Made by a program: the position numbers and the translations under genes. A model generated the notes under the pieces. That model did not search any database. It saw nothing but the letters and a program-made list of their open reading frames with translations, and was not told the origin of the DNA. Of a stretch of 64,000 nt of DNA, positions 36,001-50,183 are shown piece after piece. The stretch covers positions 27,552,307 through 27,616,306 of the forward strand of contig OZ316892.1 of assembly GCA_973895155.1 (NCBI GenBank). The letters run 5' to 3'. This DNA is from Marsupella aquatica. Taxonomy: Eukaryota > Plantae > Marchantiophyta. Numbering within the stretch: the stretch's first letter is position 1; every line of letters starts with the position of its first letter.

Positions 36001-37105
36001 TCCCATCAGAGCAATGAAGTTCTCTGTATCTCCTGTCGTCCGTGTTGCCGTTGTGTGCAAAGTTGCATCCGACTTGCCGAAGCTCGTGGAAGGTTTGAAG
36101 CGATTGGCTAAGTCAGATCCCATGGTTGTCTGTACTATTGAGGAATCCGGCGAGCACATCATTGCAGGAGCCGGTGAGCTTCACCTCGAAATTTGTCTGA
36201 AGGATTTACAGGAGGATTTCATGGGGGGAGCTGAGATCGTCGTGTCTGATCCTGTAGTTGCTTTTAGGGAGACTGTAATGGAGAAGTCTAACCACACGGT
36301 CATGAGCAAGTCGCCCAATAAGCATAATCGTCTGTACTTCGAAGCCAGGCCTCTAGAAGAAGGGCTTCCAGAAGCCATCGATGATGGACGTGTTGGCCCC
36401 AGAGATGACCCCAAAGTAAGGAGTCAAATCCTTGCCGGGGAGTTTGGATGGGACAAAGATCTAGCCAAGAAGATTTGGTGCTTCGGGCCTGACACAACTG
36501 GACCGAACATGGTGGTCGATATGTGTAAGGGAGTCCAGTACTTGAATGAAATTAAGGACTCCGTGGTGGCTGCTTTTCAGTGGGCAACCAAGGAAGGAGT
36601 CCTTGCCCAGGAGAACATGCGTGGTATCGCCTTCGAGGTTTGCGACGTGGTTCTGCACGCTGATGCCATCCATAGAGGTGGAGGACAGATCATGCCCACC
36701 GCCAGGCGTGCTATGTATGCAGCCCAGCTGACGGCCAAGCCCAGGCTCATGGAGCCAATTTACCTGGTGGAGATCCAGGCTCCTGAGCAGGCTCTGGGGG
36801 GTATTTATGGTGTGCTCAATCAAAAGCGTGGCCATGTGTTCGAGGAGATCCAGAGACCAGGAACCCCCTTGTACAATATCAAAGCTTACTTACCCGTCAT
36901 TGAGTCCTTCGGATTTTCTAGTGCCCTTCGAGCATCAACATCCGGGCAGGCTTTCCCTCAGGCGGTTTTCGATCACTGGGAGCTCATGATGAGTGACCCT
37001 GCTGATGGTACTACGCAGTCGGGAACAATTGTGACAGACATCAGGAAGAGAAAGGGGATGAAGGATCAAATAACTGCCCTCTCTGAGTATGAAGACAGGC
37101 TGTAA
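33014..37105 (+). CDS. EEF2: Eukaryotic translation elongation factor 2; exons 33014-33016, 34058-34145, 34665-37105 (843 aa)
   Basis: ATG/gtgagt, cag/GTGAAGTTT ([13 protein letters not shown]), G1 AHVDHGKS split by a phase-1 intron, DSPGH, NKMD and diphthamide loop [11 protein letters not shown]. Spliced length is 2532 nt. Confidence 0.98.
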
Positions 37106-40100
37106 ACTAGGGCTGTAGTGTCCCGCGGACTCTCTTTTACGTGTGCTGGAACATCAGTGCCTTCAATTCTGTTGGATCACTCGTTGAGAGTGTTGAAATT
37201 CCGGATATTGTTAACGGAAATTGAACAACAATGGGAGGGTGAATTTTGTATTGCTTGTCATTCTTGATAGGTAGCTAGTATTGTATGTGCTGCTGAGCCA
37301 TGGCCTCTTCGAGAAATATGTCATGGAAAGTCGCCCTCTGGTCGGTGTGGTGATTTGAATAAAATTTTGCAGTCGTCAGCGAAGAATGTCATGAGTGCTA
37401 ACGAGTATTTCTGTACAGGCCAGTTCTGTCACGGGCGTCATCGATAGATTTCGTGTAGGTTGTTCAAGGAATTATATTATGTCCAAATTGTCCGGAGTCC
37501 GGAGGTTCTGCACGCTGTACCATAAGGGTTAGGATCGTTCCGTCCTCACTTCTATTTCAGAGTTGCACACCACTATCGTTCTCATCAGCATCAACCTCCT
37601 CCGTGTCTCAAGACGGGGTGATTCGTGTAGTCACTCCCACCCAACTTTTAGTCTGGAGAAGGTAGAGATGGTGGTGACTAAGCAGATCGATAGCTTAGAA
37701 TTATATTTCCTCCATTTAGATTAGACGAATGATCCGATCTTCATCGTGGTTTGCATCATCCCCAGATCCTAACAACTGGGTGAAACCAGACCTGCTCCAG
37801 GGCAACTTCGGCTTCACTAGGACAATTTAGAGATGGCTAGATCTTTATCCAAGCGTGTCTCGGTAATTAGCTGAACCGATCGCCATCGACTGAACATGGG
37901 GACCGGTTGCTATCGTGGCACACCCAAGCATATGTCATGCAGGAGATGCACGGCGAGTTATAGGTTTCTTTCCGGTTCCCTTTTGACCTTTTATCTGGAG
38001 GTGGGCTCTCCTCATGTTGCACGTAGGCATGGAACATCTATTGTAGGTAACGTCAAGTAAGATGGACGCCATTCGTGCCTACATGTCCAATTTATAGAGA
38101 GATACTCACATGAAAAGACGCTTGAGATGAGAGTGCAAGAAGCCCGACTACAACCTGATTTGATGCCTTCATGACTGGCACATCTTTGGGAACACGGGTC
38201 AGGGGAACAGTGGCTGTCCATCTAATTTCTGGCCCATAAAACCCCCCTGAATCCACAAGATGTAGGACGTCGTCAGATGGAGAGTTTACTAAGTCATACT
38301 TTCAACCCGTTTTGCAGCTGCACCAATTTCAGCAGTAAACGCTGCCAGTGCCCCTTTTAATTAACTCCATAGAATCAACTCCAACTACCTCTCTGGGAGC
38401 TTGCCGCAGAACAAGCTGAAATGTGAATCTATCACCCAGTAAACGAGAGAATTATTTGGTCATGACAATCAAGACCGTGCTGACAGAGAAGAGCTGCTGT
38501 AGCGTCGTGCAAAGCGCAACCATATGTCGAGATCACAACAAATGCTCCAGAGCGACTACCAGGAGCAGGTGCACGGTAAAGATTGTGGTGACAAGTGTGA
38601 AGTTTTTTCATTTATATTTTGTTCGGTTTTTCAATGGCGTTTCCACTCACCAAGTTGTCGCCTGCTGACGAGGCGGTTCGGTATGGATTTCTCTTTCACT
38701 ATAACACAGCCAGACCATTGGTTTAGGGCTGTGAATTGAAGCGCCGGTAACATGCAAGACAGCTCCAAATCTCAAGACTGCCCACCTAAAATAGTACATC
38801 AGGCATGCCACAAATGCTGAAAACACTAGTTACAATGACAAACACTCATAACAATAATCAAGCCTGGGTGTTGGAGGCGTGTGGGAACCTCTGACTTGCG
38901 CCAAGGTTGTTATACTATACATACTTTCTTTAAGTGCTACTCTCCATGACAAAACCTGAATCAACCAAGTTTCACCATTTTCAGTATCTTTTTACTGAAA
39001 TTGTGGAGCAAAGTCTCATCCTAGAGAAGAGGAATGTGGAAAGCCTTCAACATTTCTCCTTCTCTATGGCCAGTGATGGTTCTCCTTCTCTATGGCCAAT
39101 GATGGTTTAAACTAAATTCCTTGGTCATGAATCACAATAAGCAACATAGAATTCAACATTTTACTGCTGTCATTTAGCTAAATCAAGATGTGGTTGAAAG
39201 GGGGTCTGTGCAATGTTATTTCAATTACATCTATCACATGACTCAAATCTCTTCTTGGAGAAATAAAGTTGTGACACGTCTCCCTTAAACAGGGCCATGG
39301 GTTCGTCTATTAGGGTCAAACTCATGCACAGTTCAAGTTCCAACATGCCCAAATCCAAGACGTGGAACGTTGGTTTGTCACTCTTGCTTGGGTGAACCAT
39401 GATGAAAACAACAAGGAGAAAGAACCATAGCGGAATTATCCCTTGCACAACAATTGTACTGCAAAAAGCCAATATTGCATTCCCTATTCAATCGTTGAGA
39501 TCAGCCATTATTTCCTTGTTTTTAGAAATCCGCGACGTTGGCAACTTAATGTAAAAGGAGGGCACGAATTCTACAACAGGAGAAGGCGTTTGGCATATCC
39601 TTCAGTTCAAATAGTCAGTTGTCTGGTACTTTCTAGTGAATTTCCCTCCATTGTGGATTCAATGGCAAAGGACGGTAGGGGACTTTCAAAGTTTAGCCCC
39701 ATTACCATTCGACAGCCCAGTTTTAAGGTAGCTTCTTGACCAATATTGGCCCACAAGAAAATGGCTGCTGCAGACTATCATGCAAGAAATTCATCATCTA
39801 TAAGATCCTGAAATGATTGAAGTGCCGTTTATTAGAAAGCTGGCTGTAATTGGCTGTAATTGTCTCATCAACGGAGGACAAGACTCGACCAAGGAGCTCA
39901 AGCTTGATTGTGGTTAAAACGAGGAACATTAATATGTTACACCCGTAATTTGAAAGTGACACTTAACTTGATGAAAAGACTATTGAGGCTGAGGTGTGCC
40001 CGACCTCAAAGCCCATATAGCATCAGAGCTTGGAGGACCACAGTGGTGATTCCCCTGGCAGAACAGGCTATCCCTTTGATAAGAGTAGAAACAAATCATC

Positions 40101-40408
40101 AAAGCTGCATCATCGTTTTCATCAACCAAACCCATTCGAACCCCACTAAGATCACTGACATATCCAATACTTGAACACTTCATTCCCACTTGCGTCCATT
40201 CAATGTTGGGCCGTCAAAAGAATCCTCTCCATCATCACAGAAGACCTCTGTTCACATCCTTGTGCATGACAGTGTACATAAGATCCTTCTTGCCTGTGCT
40301 TGATCCACTCCAAAGATCTCCACAATGAGAAATGAGCTCAAACATTTGGAGAGATGTCCACCAAGATCGACGAGTGTTTCCAAAACCAAATGTCTGGAAC
40401 CCTCATCT

Positions 40409-40672
40409 ACGTATCTTCTAACCATTTCTGAGACAACTCTTACTCTATAACGAACAGTCGCTCTGTTACATAGACTCACTCATCACACCTTTCCCAATGT
40501 CCATGACTGGGAAACTTTGTAGAATCCACTACTGGAAACGTCTTTCACGTATCTTCTAACCATTTCTGAGATGACTCTTACTGTAGAACGAACAGTCGCT
40601 CTGTTACGTAGACTGACTCATCACTCCTTTCCCAATGTCCATGACTGGGAAACTCAGCAGAATCCACTACTG
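40409..40672. repeat. ~138-bp tandem duplication downstream of phytocyanin 1
   Basis: acgtatcttctaaccatttctgaga...agaatccactactg occurs twice (starts ~40409 and ~40548). Confidence 0.85.
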
Positions 40673-40771
40673 CTAGTAGACTTTAGATCCAAATTACTTG
40701 CAGCAGTCTATTGATTACTAGCCTCTATCTCACTACCTACAACTAGCCTAAATTCTATCCCATCCACTTTA

Positions 40772-42581
40772 TCAGGCAAAAGCAGTACAGAAGACAACGG
40801 CAACAGTCAATAAAACCAATCCAATTCGAGGCAATGAGCGAGACGATCCTGATGGTGGAGAGTCGGTTGTGGGGATAACTGGTGCAGGTACGTAAGCACC
40901 GACGGTGATGTGAAACTTCTGGCCGTTTAGGCAATGTCCCGGTTCACCGCAGATGAAGTAGTACTTTGGGCCCCCCGTCAGTGTGATCACATCTTCTCCG
41001 GAATCGTATTCTAGAGTGGCATCGTCAGAGCTGGTGTCGCAAGCCTCAAAGGCTGTGGCGTTTGCAACCTGGAGAACATTATGACTGTCGTTCCGGTAGT
41101 TGAAAACTGCGACGACAAGTTCAATGAAGCCGAGTTAGGAAGTACAAAGCCAAGACCAGACTAATCCATATGTGCCAAAGAAACTAGCACGAATCAAACA
41201 CACGGCCGAAATCCAGTACCTTCCAAATCGCTACCTAATGGATACGAATCGATCGAAATGCAATTGAAATAAGGACCTAAAGCTTCATGATGCCAATTGC
41301 CTCTTTTTGTGCTTTAGTGGAATTTGTGATGCCCAGGTCTAAATACTGGAATACTGATGCGGGAAGTGTGCAGCTCAAGCACAGACGGGAGGAACGGATT
41401 ATATAAATTTAATGGAAGAAACCATGGACGGTGGGATTGTACAACTGCTCAAGCTACTGTTGCTTGCGGAAATCTGCCTAGCTACAGTAATTCTACAGTA
41501 CTGGTGAAAGACCGAGGAAATCTGCCCAGCTACAGTAATTTCTACAGTATTGGTGAAAGACCGCCATTAAAGACATTGGAGTTCCGTCAGGTCGATCCAG
41601 TTGTAATCACGCCTCTGCCCCATCTCACACATTTGCTGATTCCAATGGAAAAAACCAAGCATTCCAAATGGAACTTGATTATGCAACGATCAAGTTCGAA
41701 TGACCCTTCTGCCCCATCACACATATTACCCACTCCCACGGAAAAACAGAGCATTTCAATGATCATCGTCTAACAAACTCGAAAGCTCAACGCATGGCAG
41801 CTTGAGAAATCTCCAGATCTTATTGATGCATCTCACCCAGTGATGGTCTGCGAAACTATCGTATTGAGCAAGGGCTCCATTGGAGAACAAAGAGAGGTGC
41901 ATTTCAGTAAACGTTATCCAACGAAGAGAGCTATAGAAACAAGAGTCGACTGGTTTTGGATAGCGTGATGCTCAGCAACTCGTGCATCACTGAATCCTGA
42001 GCAACAGCCGGAATAACGAAGCTGTGTACCTAGCTCGCAGCTTCTCGACAGGTTGATCAAAGACAGCTTGCGGCTCCTGAAAGCTATCGGTAGCCCCCCA
42101 AGCAGGCAACGAAGCAGAGCTCCCCATCCACTTTTGCATTAACTCATACATTGGCGGACAGGCATTCGACGAAAGCCCGGAAATGCCAAGGACTTGGCCG
42201 GATTTCAGTTCGGGAGGAATGACCAGACATCACAACACCATCCTTTGGACAAGAGCGTAGACAGTAGTAACCATTGTATTAGAAATGGCCACAACCACTT
42301 GCCCACAACTAGGGACTCCTATTTGAATTCATACGGTCGACACCAAAGAGAGAATGACAAGAGAAGCGGACACAGAACTCACCCAGCTCATCCCCGAACT
42401 TGAACTTCTGGCCGTCCGCCCAGGTCTGGTAGTTGACGTTCTTGGTCGTGCTGGGGACAGTCCAATTCCAAGTCACACCTCCAACTTGAAAAGTGGTAGC
42501 GGTCACCACAGTGGCTGCAGCAAGCAGTCCCACAGCAAGCAGAAGCACTGAAAATGCACTGCCTCTTCCCAGACGAGACAT
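40772..42581 (-). CDS. Phytocyanin (stellacyanin-type blue copper protein), signal peptide + probable GPI anchor; exons 42581-42383, 41106-40772
   Basis: FQVGG..W..NYQTWADGQKFKFGDEL/VFNY..SHNVLQV..C..YYFICGEPGHCLNGQKF gives ligands His, Cys, His, Gln. Phase-1 GT-AG intron. Pro/Ser linker and hydrophobic tail. Alternative ATG at 42593. Confidence 0.92.
41468..41563. repeat. ~48-bp tandem duplication in phytocyanin intron
   Basis: ggaaatctgcc.agctacagtaatt.ctacagta.tggtgaaagaccg occurs twice. Confidence 0.75.
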
Positions 42582-43899
42582 TGCCACAGGCATCACTGTC
42601 TTGTTGCCTGTCTTGTGCTTCCGCCCAGCTCTACACTCCTTGCTTTGCAATGCTTCTTTTGCAAGACTTTCACGAGCTAATAATGATACTGTGTTTTGAG
42701 TTGTTTGTTTCCCACTGCCTCCTTTCAGGCTTTCACTCACTCCGCCCGCCCTAATAAATGCAGTGGGACTGCTATCATGCTATGACTCTATGATCATGAG
42801 CTGTTGAGCTGCGTCAGTCATACACTGCATTCCAGCATTAATCAAAGCGTCCAGTAGCAAGATCAGTAAAGCAAGATCAGTAAATGACATTGCCAAAGTT
42901 GCTGCCTCTGCCTCTCCCTCTCACCAGCACCTACCGCGTTACAGCCCTTGCTTAGTAGACTTCCACGTTACAGTCCTTGCTTAGTAGACTTCCACCAGCA
43001 CGCCCTGCTTGCCTCATATAATAAGTGCCACATGCAAGCCCCACAAAGGGCACCCAGCTCACGACAATTGTATTCTCTTGTTGTTGATGTTGACGATAGC
43101 TGGAGTACGTAAGGTAGTTTCCATTCGGGGGTCTCAAACCTCAAAATTCTATGGACCTAAACCACCCAGTGTCCATCAGGTTTGGGGAGGACAAAATAGA
43201 GCAATTTTTTTACTATTTTGAGCCCAATTTTGGTTTATTTTAGTAACCTGGATCCACCAGGTTTTGCTTTGGAGACAGTGGCACTTTAAAGAGTATCTCA
43301 AACGGGAGGGTCAAATGCACTTGTAATTATTAGAAAGAACACATAGGGGTTGAATTTGGAGGGATGGTTTCCCACTGGTGGCCCCTATCCCTCAATAAAT
43401 GGCAGTCGACCTCCACTTTCACAACCCCTAACCTCCATATTTGGTAGAAATGGCAGCCAGGAGAGAGAGACCTCTATTCTCATGTACACAGCTTACTATT
43501 CTAATTTCTAGGCCTCCAAATGAATGATGGGCTATATTATGAGTTTAGAGGTCATTGACCCGTAAACCACTGGAGATGCTCTTATAGCCTTCTTGCATGT
43601 AAAAGGGTGCTCAAAAAACAGGGCCTTATGTTAACTGATGGCACTCTATGAATGAAACTGACATTCATGCCCCAACCCCCTCCAGAGATAAGCCTGATTG
43701 AAACATTTCAGCATATTCAAGGGTGAGGCCGGAAGATTTCTGGCTCTTCACATCCTGACCTTTAGATTTCTAGTAAAACAAATGAAACATGCCTTTTCTT
43801 AGCTGATTCTATGGAGATTGGATATGCACTTTTTATTGACAATGTCGTAGTGGTAAGGGCGTATTTTTCAGGACCTTCTACTCCAAGGCAGCCCTTAAT

Positions 43900-44410
43900 A
43901 TAGTAGTTAACGTTATGGAATAATACATGGACTACAATTAAAAATCATGATCAATAACTTTGTGCCATAAAAATCGGTCATATGCCATGACCATGAATCA
44001 CTCCAGAGGCTGGTGAAAAACAATTCTCTTACTTAACTTTGTGGATAAGCTATGGCCAAAAGTTATTATCTGTAACTATGAAGCTTTGAGATGCCCTATT
44101 GGACCAAAAACATTTACTAGTTCTCAAGTGTACCGAATTCAAGTAGAGTCTCCCCTATTTGGGGGTCTCAAACATCAAAATTTGATGGGCCTTAACTTAA
44201 GGATGGAAGAAGGTATGGATACCAAATTCATGATCTATACATTTTGCCATAAATATTGGTCATATGCCATGACCATAAGTCGTACCAGAGGCTAGTGACA
44301 AAAAAATTACATAACCTTATGAAACAGCTATGGACATTAGTTTTGGTCAAAAGTTATCATCTATGAGACTCCCTATTGGACCAAAACAATTTACCAGCTC
44401 TCAAGTGTAA
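43900..44410. mobile_element. Two tandem degenerate copies of the 23806 MITE family
   Basis: Shared core tgccataa..ggtcatatgccatgacc..agaggctggtga, with ends gctttgagatgcccta (44097) and tgagactcccta (44373), each followed by ttggaccaaaa. Confidence 0.6.
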
Positions 44411-47400
44411 TGTCTTATTTTTATTATTTTGCCACACACCCACTTTTGGATTTGAAATCATTAATTAATTTATTTATTTCCATCCGTGGATTTTGTCATG
44501 AATTTAGTAAAAATAAAAAATCTTTTAATTTTTGTTCCCAACACCCATTTTTGGATTGGAAATCCTTATTTTATGAATTCATTGCCATGCGTGGATTTAG
44601 TCAAGGCTTTAGTGAAAATAAAATTTCTTAGCCCCTTAAGTGTATTGTCTCCTGTTAAGAGAGCATTATGGCAATAATGGTCTCTCAAAGATCTACTCAA
44701 GGAGTACTTTAATGTAAAATAATCAAGGCCAAAAATCTAATGTGGCAGCAGCCTAAAGCTTGAAAACACTAGAAATCACCCAAACTACCTTAAGGGAGGC
44801 AAAGCATGGACAGTAGTGATACAGATTATCTAAAATTCAGGCTTGACTATGTGCTCGATGAAAGTTCTTTGTAAAAGTTTTGAGCTGAGAAAAAAGAAGA
44901 TTCTCATAGAAGGATGCTTGAGTCTATCTGTTTACCTGATTTGGAGTTTACTTTGGATGGCTACAACACAATAGTGAGTTCCCAAGCTCATTTTTTCCTA
45001 GTATTGTGTCAGCCAATGTTAATGATATGTCCCTGGCGCCTCTCCAGGAATAGGCGATGTACCTGCATGTGATAGTAGTCATTGAACCCTTATATCTGGT
45101 TTTTTTTCAAGCTTTGGGTTTACGTTTTTAGAATTGAAAGTCGATTATCTTCATCTCAGTGGAACAAAAGTAGTTTTTTGCATAGAATATTCCCCCATGA
45201 ATGAATGTTAGTGCAGATTGATTTTAGATCAGAAATCCACGGGAACACATCAAAGTCCATAGTCTAGGAGACTATCGGGTATCATTTTTTATGATGATAG
45301 GTTGTTGCAGATGGCCAAGTGAGTACAGAAAAGACTTATACAATAATGGATGGTGGAATTGATCTAGAATCCAAAATTTGAAAATAGGTATGATTATATA
45401 TTTTTGGTCATTTTCATATAAAATACATTGTTACAAAAACAAAAATGCAAATATCAATAGCCTTATGTAATTTACAATTCTGAAATCATAGTCTTAGGGC
45501 AACATTTTGAGTAATAAACACTCTAGAATAGACCATACATTTATTCTTATGTTGTTGAAAAATGGATAAACCCCACTTATATTCTTCTAGAGTGATTGAA
45601 GTATTCCACCAAGTCCAATAAGAAACTTACATATATTACAAGAAAATAAGTGAGAACCAATGAAACTTAATACATAATATAACCCTAGATTATAAAACAA
45701 CTTATAATAAATGATTATTCAACAAACAAATTAAAGATATCTTTATTTGGTCATACTGGCTCTTTCCTTGATTGAACAAAATGGAGCCATAATAAAGCAA
45801 GATATAAATATAATCTGCATAACAATAAAATCCTTCTGACTGGCTACTATAAACATAAAACAAATACAGCATCCTCAGTAGATACCATTGAGTGTAGTTA
45901 GGGTCATACACAACAAACTTAATTGTGCGCAAGAGTTCATCTTATAATTTATCTTTTCTTTTTTTGCCTTCAAGTTTTTGCCTGCCTTCAGCTTCCAGCT
46001 TGCAAGTCCACATATACATCAATCATTATAATGCATTATTACTAGTTTAACTTATTTAGGCATATATAAAGACTGTGGTATAATATCAAATCTAAACTAA
46101 TAAAAATTAAAATTTTATGTCTAGCAATGGAAACAAACTCATATGAATTTAGTGAATTTTTAATGGATGTTTTTTGTATTAGTTGATTAATATTGAACCA
46201 TCTCTATCATATTGTATTCCTTGAGCACCCAAGCAATACAATGATGAATGATAGGAGTGCCTTGGCACAGGTAGTATTTGGGGGTCATATTATCTCATTT
46301 ATTGTTCATTATTCTTTACTCCCTAAGTTTTCTCAAAGATGTTAACATGTTCCTTCAGTTTGCCAAGACTATAGCTAACTTGTCTTTAGGCTTGGGTGTT
46401 TCAAGCTACACATAAAACTATTATTTGAGCACCTCCCAAAGAAATTGAAAAAAAACAACAGCCACATAATCAGCAATCAATAAACAATATCAAAAAATTA
46501 AGAAATAATTGGGTACACAGCTTTTACAACAAGCAAATAACTGTTTATATTTTGAAATAAATTTTAGTCTTAAGATGAGTCCTTACTTTTCTTGGATGTG
46601 ATTAAATGCTTTTTTCTGTCTGACTTTGTAAAAAACTGCTCTACTTTTTTGTTCATTTATCCCATATTCTTTTAGGCTGCTATATGACCGAACATAGTCT
46701 GGCTACCTTGTCTTATTCAAATTGTTTGCAATATATTTTTATATTAATTTAGTTTATTCTATGCTTCTCACAAAAATAATTTTTAGTAGGTAGGTTTTTC
46801 TTTATTAGCACTCCTCATTCTTTGCATTTTATCTCTCTAGGCTCAACTAGGCAACTATAGTTGTACTCTATACAACCATGTAGTGTAGCTTATATATAAT
46901 ACATTGGTTGAAAATTTACAATGCTTATGGTTGATGGATCAACAAGCGTGTCACCTAAATAGAGGGCCACTCCAAATAGATAGAGGGATCCAAAGTAAAT
47001 TTATTCCCTTTGAATCACAAAATATTATACCTTATAAAGTACATGTACTATCACCAAACCTGATTGTGGCTATTGTCACCATTTGTCCTTTTTTGTGCCA
47101 CATGAATAGATTTTTCTCATCCAAGATGCTACAACACCTTGTTAAATTCAAACATTAAATGCCTAGTGAATCCTTCATCATTTCACTTGCTTTATCTCTC
47201 ACCAAGGCAAGTAAACACTTTATTTAGTTCAAACACACCTTACAATAATAAACATAAATATTATTTTCTAGATAGGATCACTCTAAATTTATTTAATTTT
47301 GAATAAGTTAAAGTAGGCATGTCATATAAGGGGCCAACTGTATCCCAACACCAAAAGCCTGAAGGAACATGGAAATCAATTGAAGAATAGAGGGTGCACT

Positions 47401-47454
47401 TTGTGTCACTTCAATGTAAGAGGTAAAAAAATATTTTGATTAGTATCTTACTCA

Positions 47455-47850
47455 CATACTCACGTACATATACAATATTGAGGCGGCCGCCAGAGGCGCG
47501 GGACTATAAGTAAGAAGAAGTGTGCAGCACTTTGTAGATGGTTCCGAGGGAGATTTTCGAATCATTAACTTCACAATTTTGTGTAGAACACTAGACAGTC
47601 TGTATGTCTATAACTAAGTTTGTCACATTCATTTTATATACCTTCAATTGTTCAATCATTATCCAGAAATACAATCTTATATGTGATATTTGTGTGCACA
47701 CTCACATCTACAATATTGAGGCATTAACTCGGTCCACAATTTTGTGTAGAACACTAGTATGTCTATAAGTTTGTCACATTTTTTATATACCTTCACTTGT
47801 TCAATCATTGTCCAGAAGTGCTATCTTATATGTGATATTTGTCTGCACAC
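47455..47850. repeat. Imperfect direct duplication in AT-rich region
   Basis: tacaatattgaggc..cacaattttgtgtagaacactag..tcttatatgtgatatttgt.tgcacac is present twice. Confidence 0.7.
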
Positions 47851-48100
47851 AAAAAGAGTTATCAAAATGTTTATTGTTTTGCATATCCCATAAGTCTAAA
47901 AATCTATCATCTTGATCTTGGTTTTAAATCTAGAAACCAGAATGATGTTATCATATGAGTTTGTATCTACAAGAAATCTCATTAGCCACATCATCTGATT
48001 ATCATATGCTTGATTTTTTTGGATTTAAGCTTTGCGGTAAGTTTGAAACTTGTCCATATTGCATTGATTTAAAAACAATCATATCGAATTTCTTTAGACC

Positions 48101-48103
<3 letters not shown>

Positions 48104-48132
<29 letters not shown>
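48104..48132. repeat. (CT)n microsatellite
   Basis: Uninterrupted CT run. An (AC)n run follows at ~48351-48370. Confidence 0.9.
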
Positions 48133-48135
<3 letters not shown>

Positions 48136-49067
48136 CAAACAAATATCACAATAATACATATCGTGCTGATAACGTGTGAGAGTATGAATGGAATGAATCA
48201 TGTATAGTCTGTGGCGCTTGGTACATATAGTGGTGCCGGTCTGGTGACTCGTTGATCCGGTCATTAGGTAGAGTCTAACAATTTGATATTTATCTGCTTA
48301 CATATACATTATTAAAACTAATAAAAAAACAGATTGCATGAAAGACAATGACACACACACACACACACACTATCATTTGAGTGCTTTTTTCAACAACAAA
48401 GATATCTTTACTTGCATGTCTACCTCTCTCTCAAGATTCACTTAGAATACTTGCCTCCTCATACTCGAGGTTGGTGGCATTGGTAAGATTGTAGGATTAC
48501 TTAGTTTGTGGCCTATTAACAGGATTGGTTTTCATTAAGTTTGCAACATGTATATTAAACAGCAGACATATTTCAGTGCATTATATGGGCATGGGATTTA
48601 GATTATTAATTGTATCTGTTAAAAAAAACTTCTACATATCATCCCATGTATGAGAACTGTCTTGCATTTTCCACCTTTGGCTTTGTGTAGACTTGTTTGC
48701 TTCAGTGTCACCTAATTTCATGATAGGGTCTTCTTGGTAGGTCCGTGCATGGACCACTCATGTCCTTGTGTGCTATATATTCTAATTTTTTCATCAGATC
48801 TTGAATTAGGAATTCCACTTCAGCTTTGATTTTTGTTTCAATCCTGATATGACCGGGGATATGAAATTATTGTATTGCAGGCCCTTGTGCAGTCAATCTT
48901 CTTTTGAATGCCATTTGCAGTCGCACATACAGATGAAAATTATTGTTCCAATATATAAGCATTAGGTTCTTAGACATCACCACCAGCTTGCTGTGACATA
49001 AACACATTGTAGATATTTAAATGGTATGGACAGAGTGGAGGTAAAACTCTTTCATTGTATATAAAGG

Positions 49068-50183
49068 CATAATTAGTTCGTGGACCCCTTGACTAATTGA
49101 TAGCCTAGTTATCACAAACAGTTTTCAAAATCAGGCCTTTTCGGTACATGCTACCAAATTCTCAAGCTACGAGAATCAAAATTCAATTTGTGACATTTGC
49201 AATTAGATGAAATTATCAAGTTAATTATTAGTCATTATTTATTATATGAAAAACATTTTTTATAAATCTTTGAATTTAGGTTTTAAAATTGGAAATGTAA
49301 CTAAAACGGTTACATAGTAACAGTTTTAACCGTCTTGCTATTTACATTTCTAATTTTTAACTTTTCTTTTTACGGCATGGCGTCCCAAAATCTACACTCA
49401 AATTGACACAAACATGAATGAAAACTATAAGTTTGACTCATAAAATTGATGAGTCTGTTTGTTACGGTTGTTGTTGATGTGGCACAATGTGGTGCCAGAA
49501 ATTTTGGAAGGGACCTCTAGTGGGGTCCGTAATAAGAATTAGTCTAGTGAACTGCATTGGAGTAAACTGAAAACCTATGAGATGCCAAGATTGGCTAAGT
49601 GCATCATTGTAACAAGCTATTGTCTAAATCCCATGGGGTTCTGATTTCCATGGAACAACACATCATGTTTGACAAAGGATAAGCTAGGTTGCTTTATTTG
49701 TTCTAAGGAAATAATTAATTTAAATTTTGTGTAAAAAACATTAGGGTCTTTGAAAATCCAACTGAGACTTAAGAAAAAGAAAGGCTCTTTTAACCAAATC
49801 TGGAATATTCCAAAGTCAAATTAAAAATTCAAATAACTAGTTTTGGGTAACTAAGTTTTAGGGTGTTTGAGCCTTCAAAACATCCCACATGACTTGGGGG
49901 GTCTACATGTTAGTGAAATCCTCAAGCAGAAAATGATGAGCTATGTAAGATGGTGATCCTAGTAAAACCAACCCCTTCAGATCAAGTCCCTCTGATTAAT
50001 TTCCCCCCATTTATTTTTGCTTGTTGGTTCTAAAATTTTACTTTTAAATAATAAATTTACTAACCCTTTAGGATATTTTGAACATTTATTAATTTCCCTT
50101 CAACAATTATAGAAAAAACAAACCCAGACCTGGCAAAACCCTTGGCTCCAAAACTTAGTCAAGGGGTCCACGAACTAATTATG
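49068..50183. mobile_element. 1.1-kb non-autonomous DNA transposon with perfect 29-bp TIRs
   Basis: cataattagttcgtggaccccttgactaa (49068-49096) is the exact reverse complement of 50155-50183. The interior is AT-rich and non-coding. Confidence 0.8.

Noticed and set aside
39221-39472. 83-aa minus-strand ORF as a gene fragment
   Set aside because: Non-ATG start, no recognisable family motif and no supporting splice structure.
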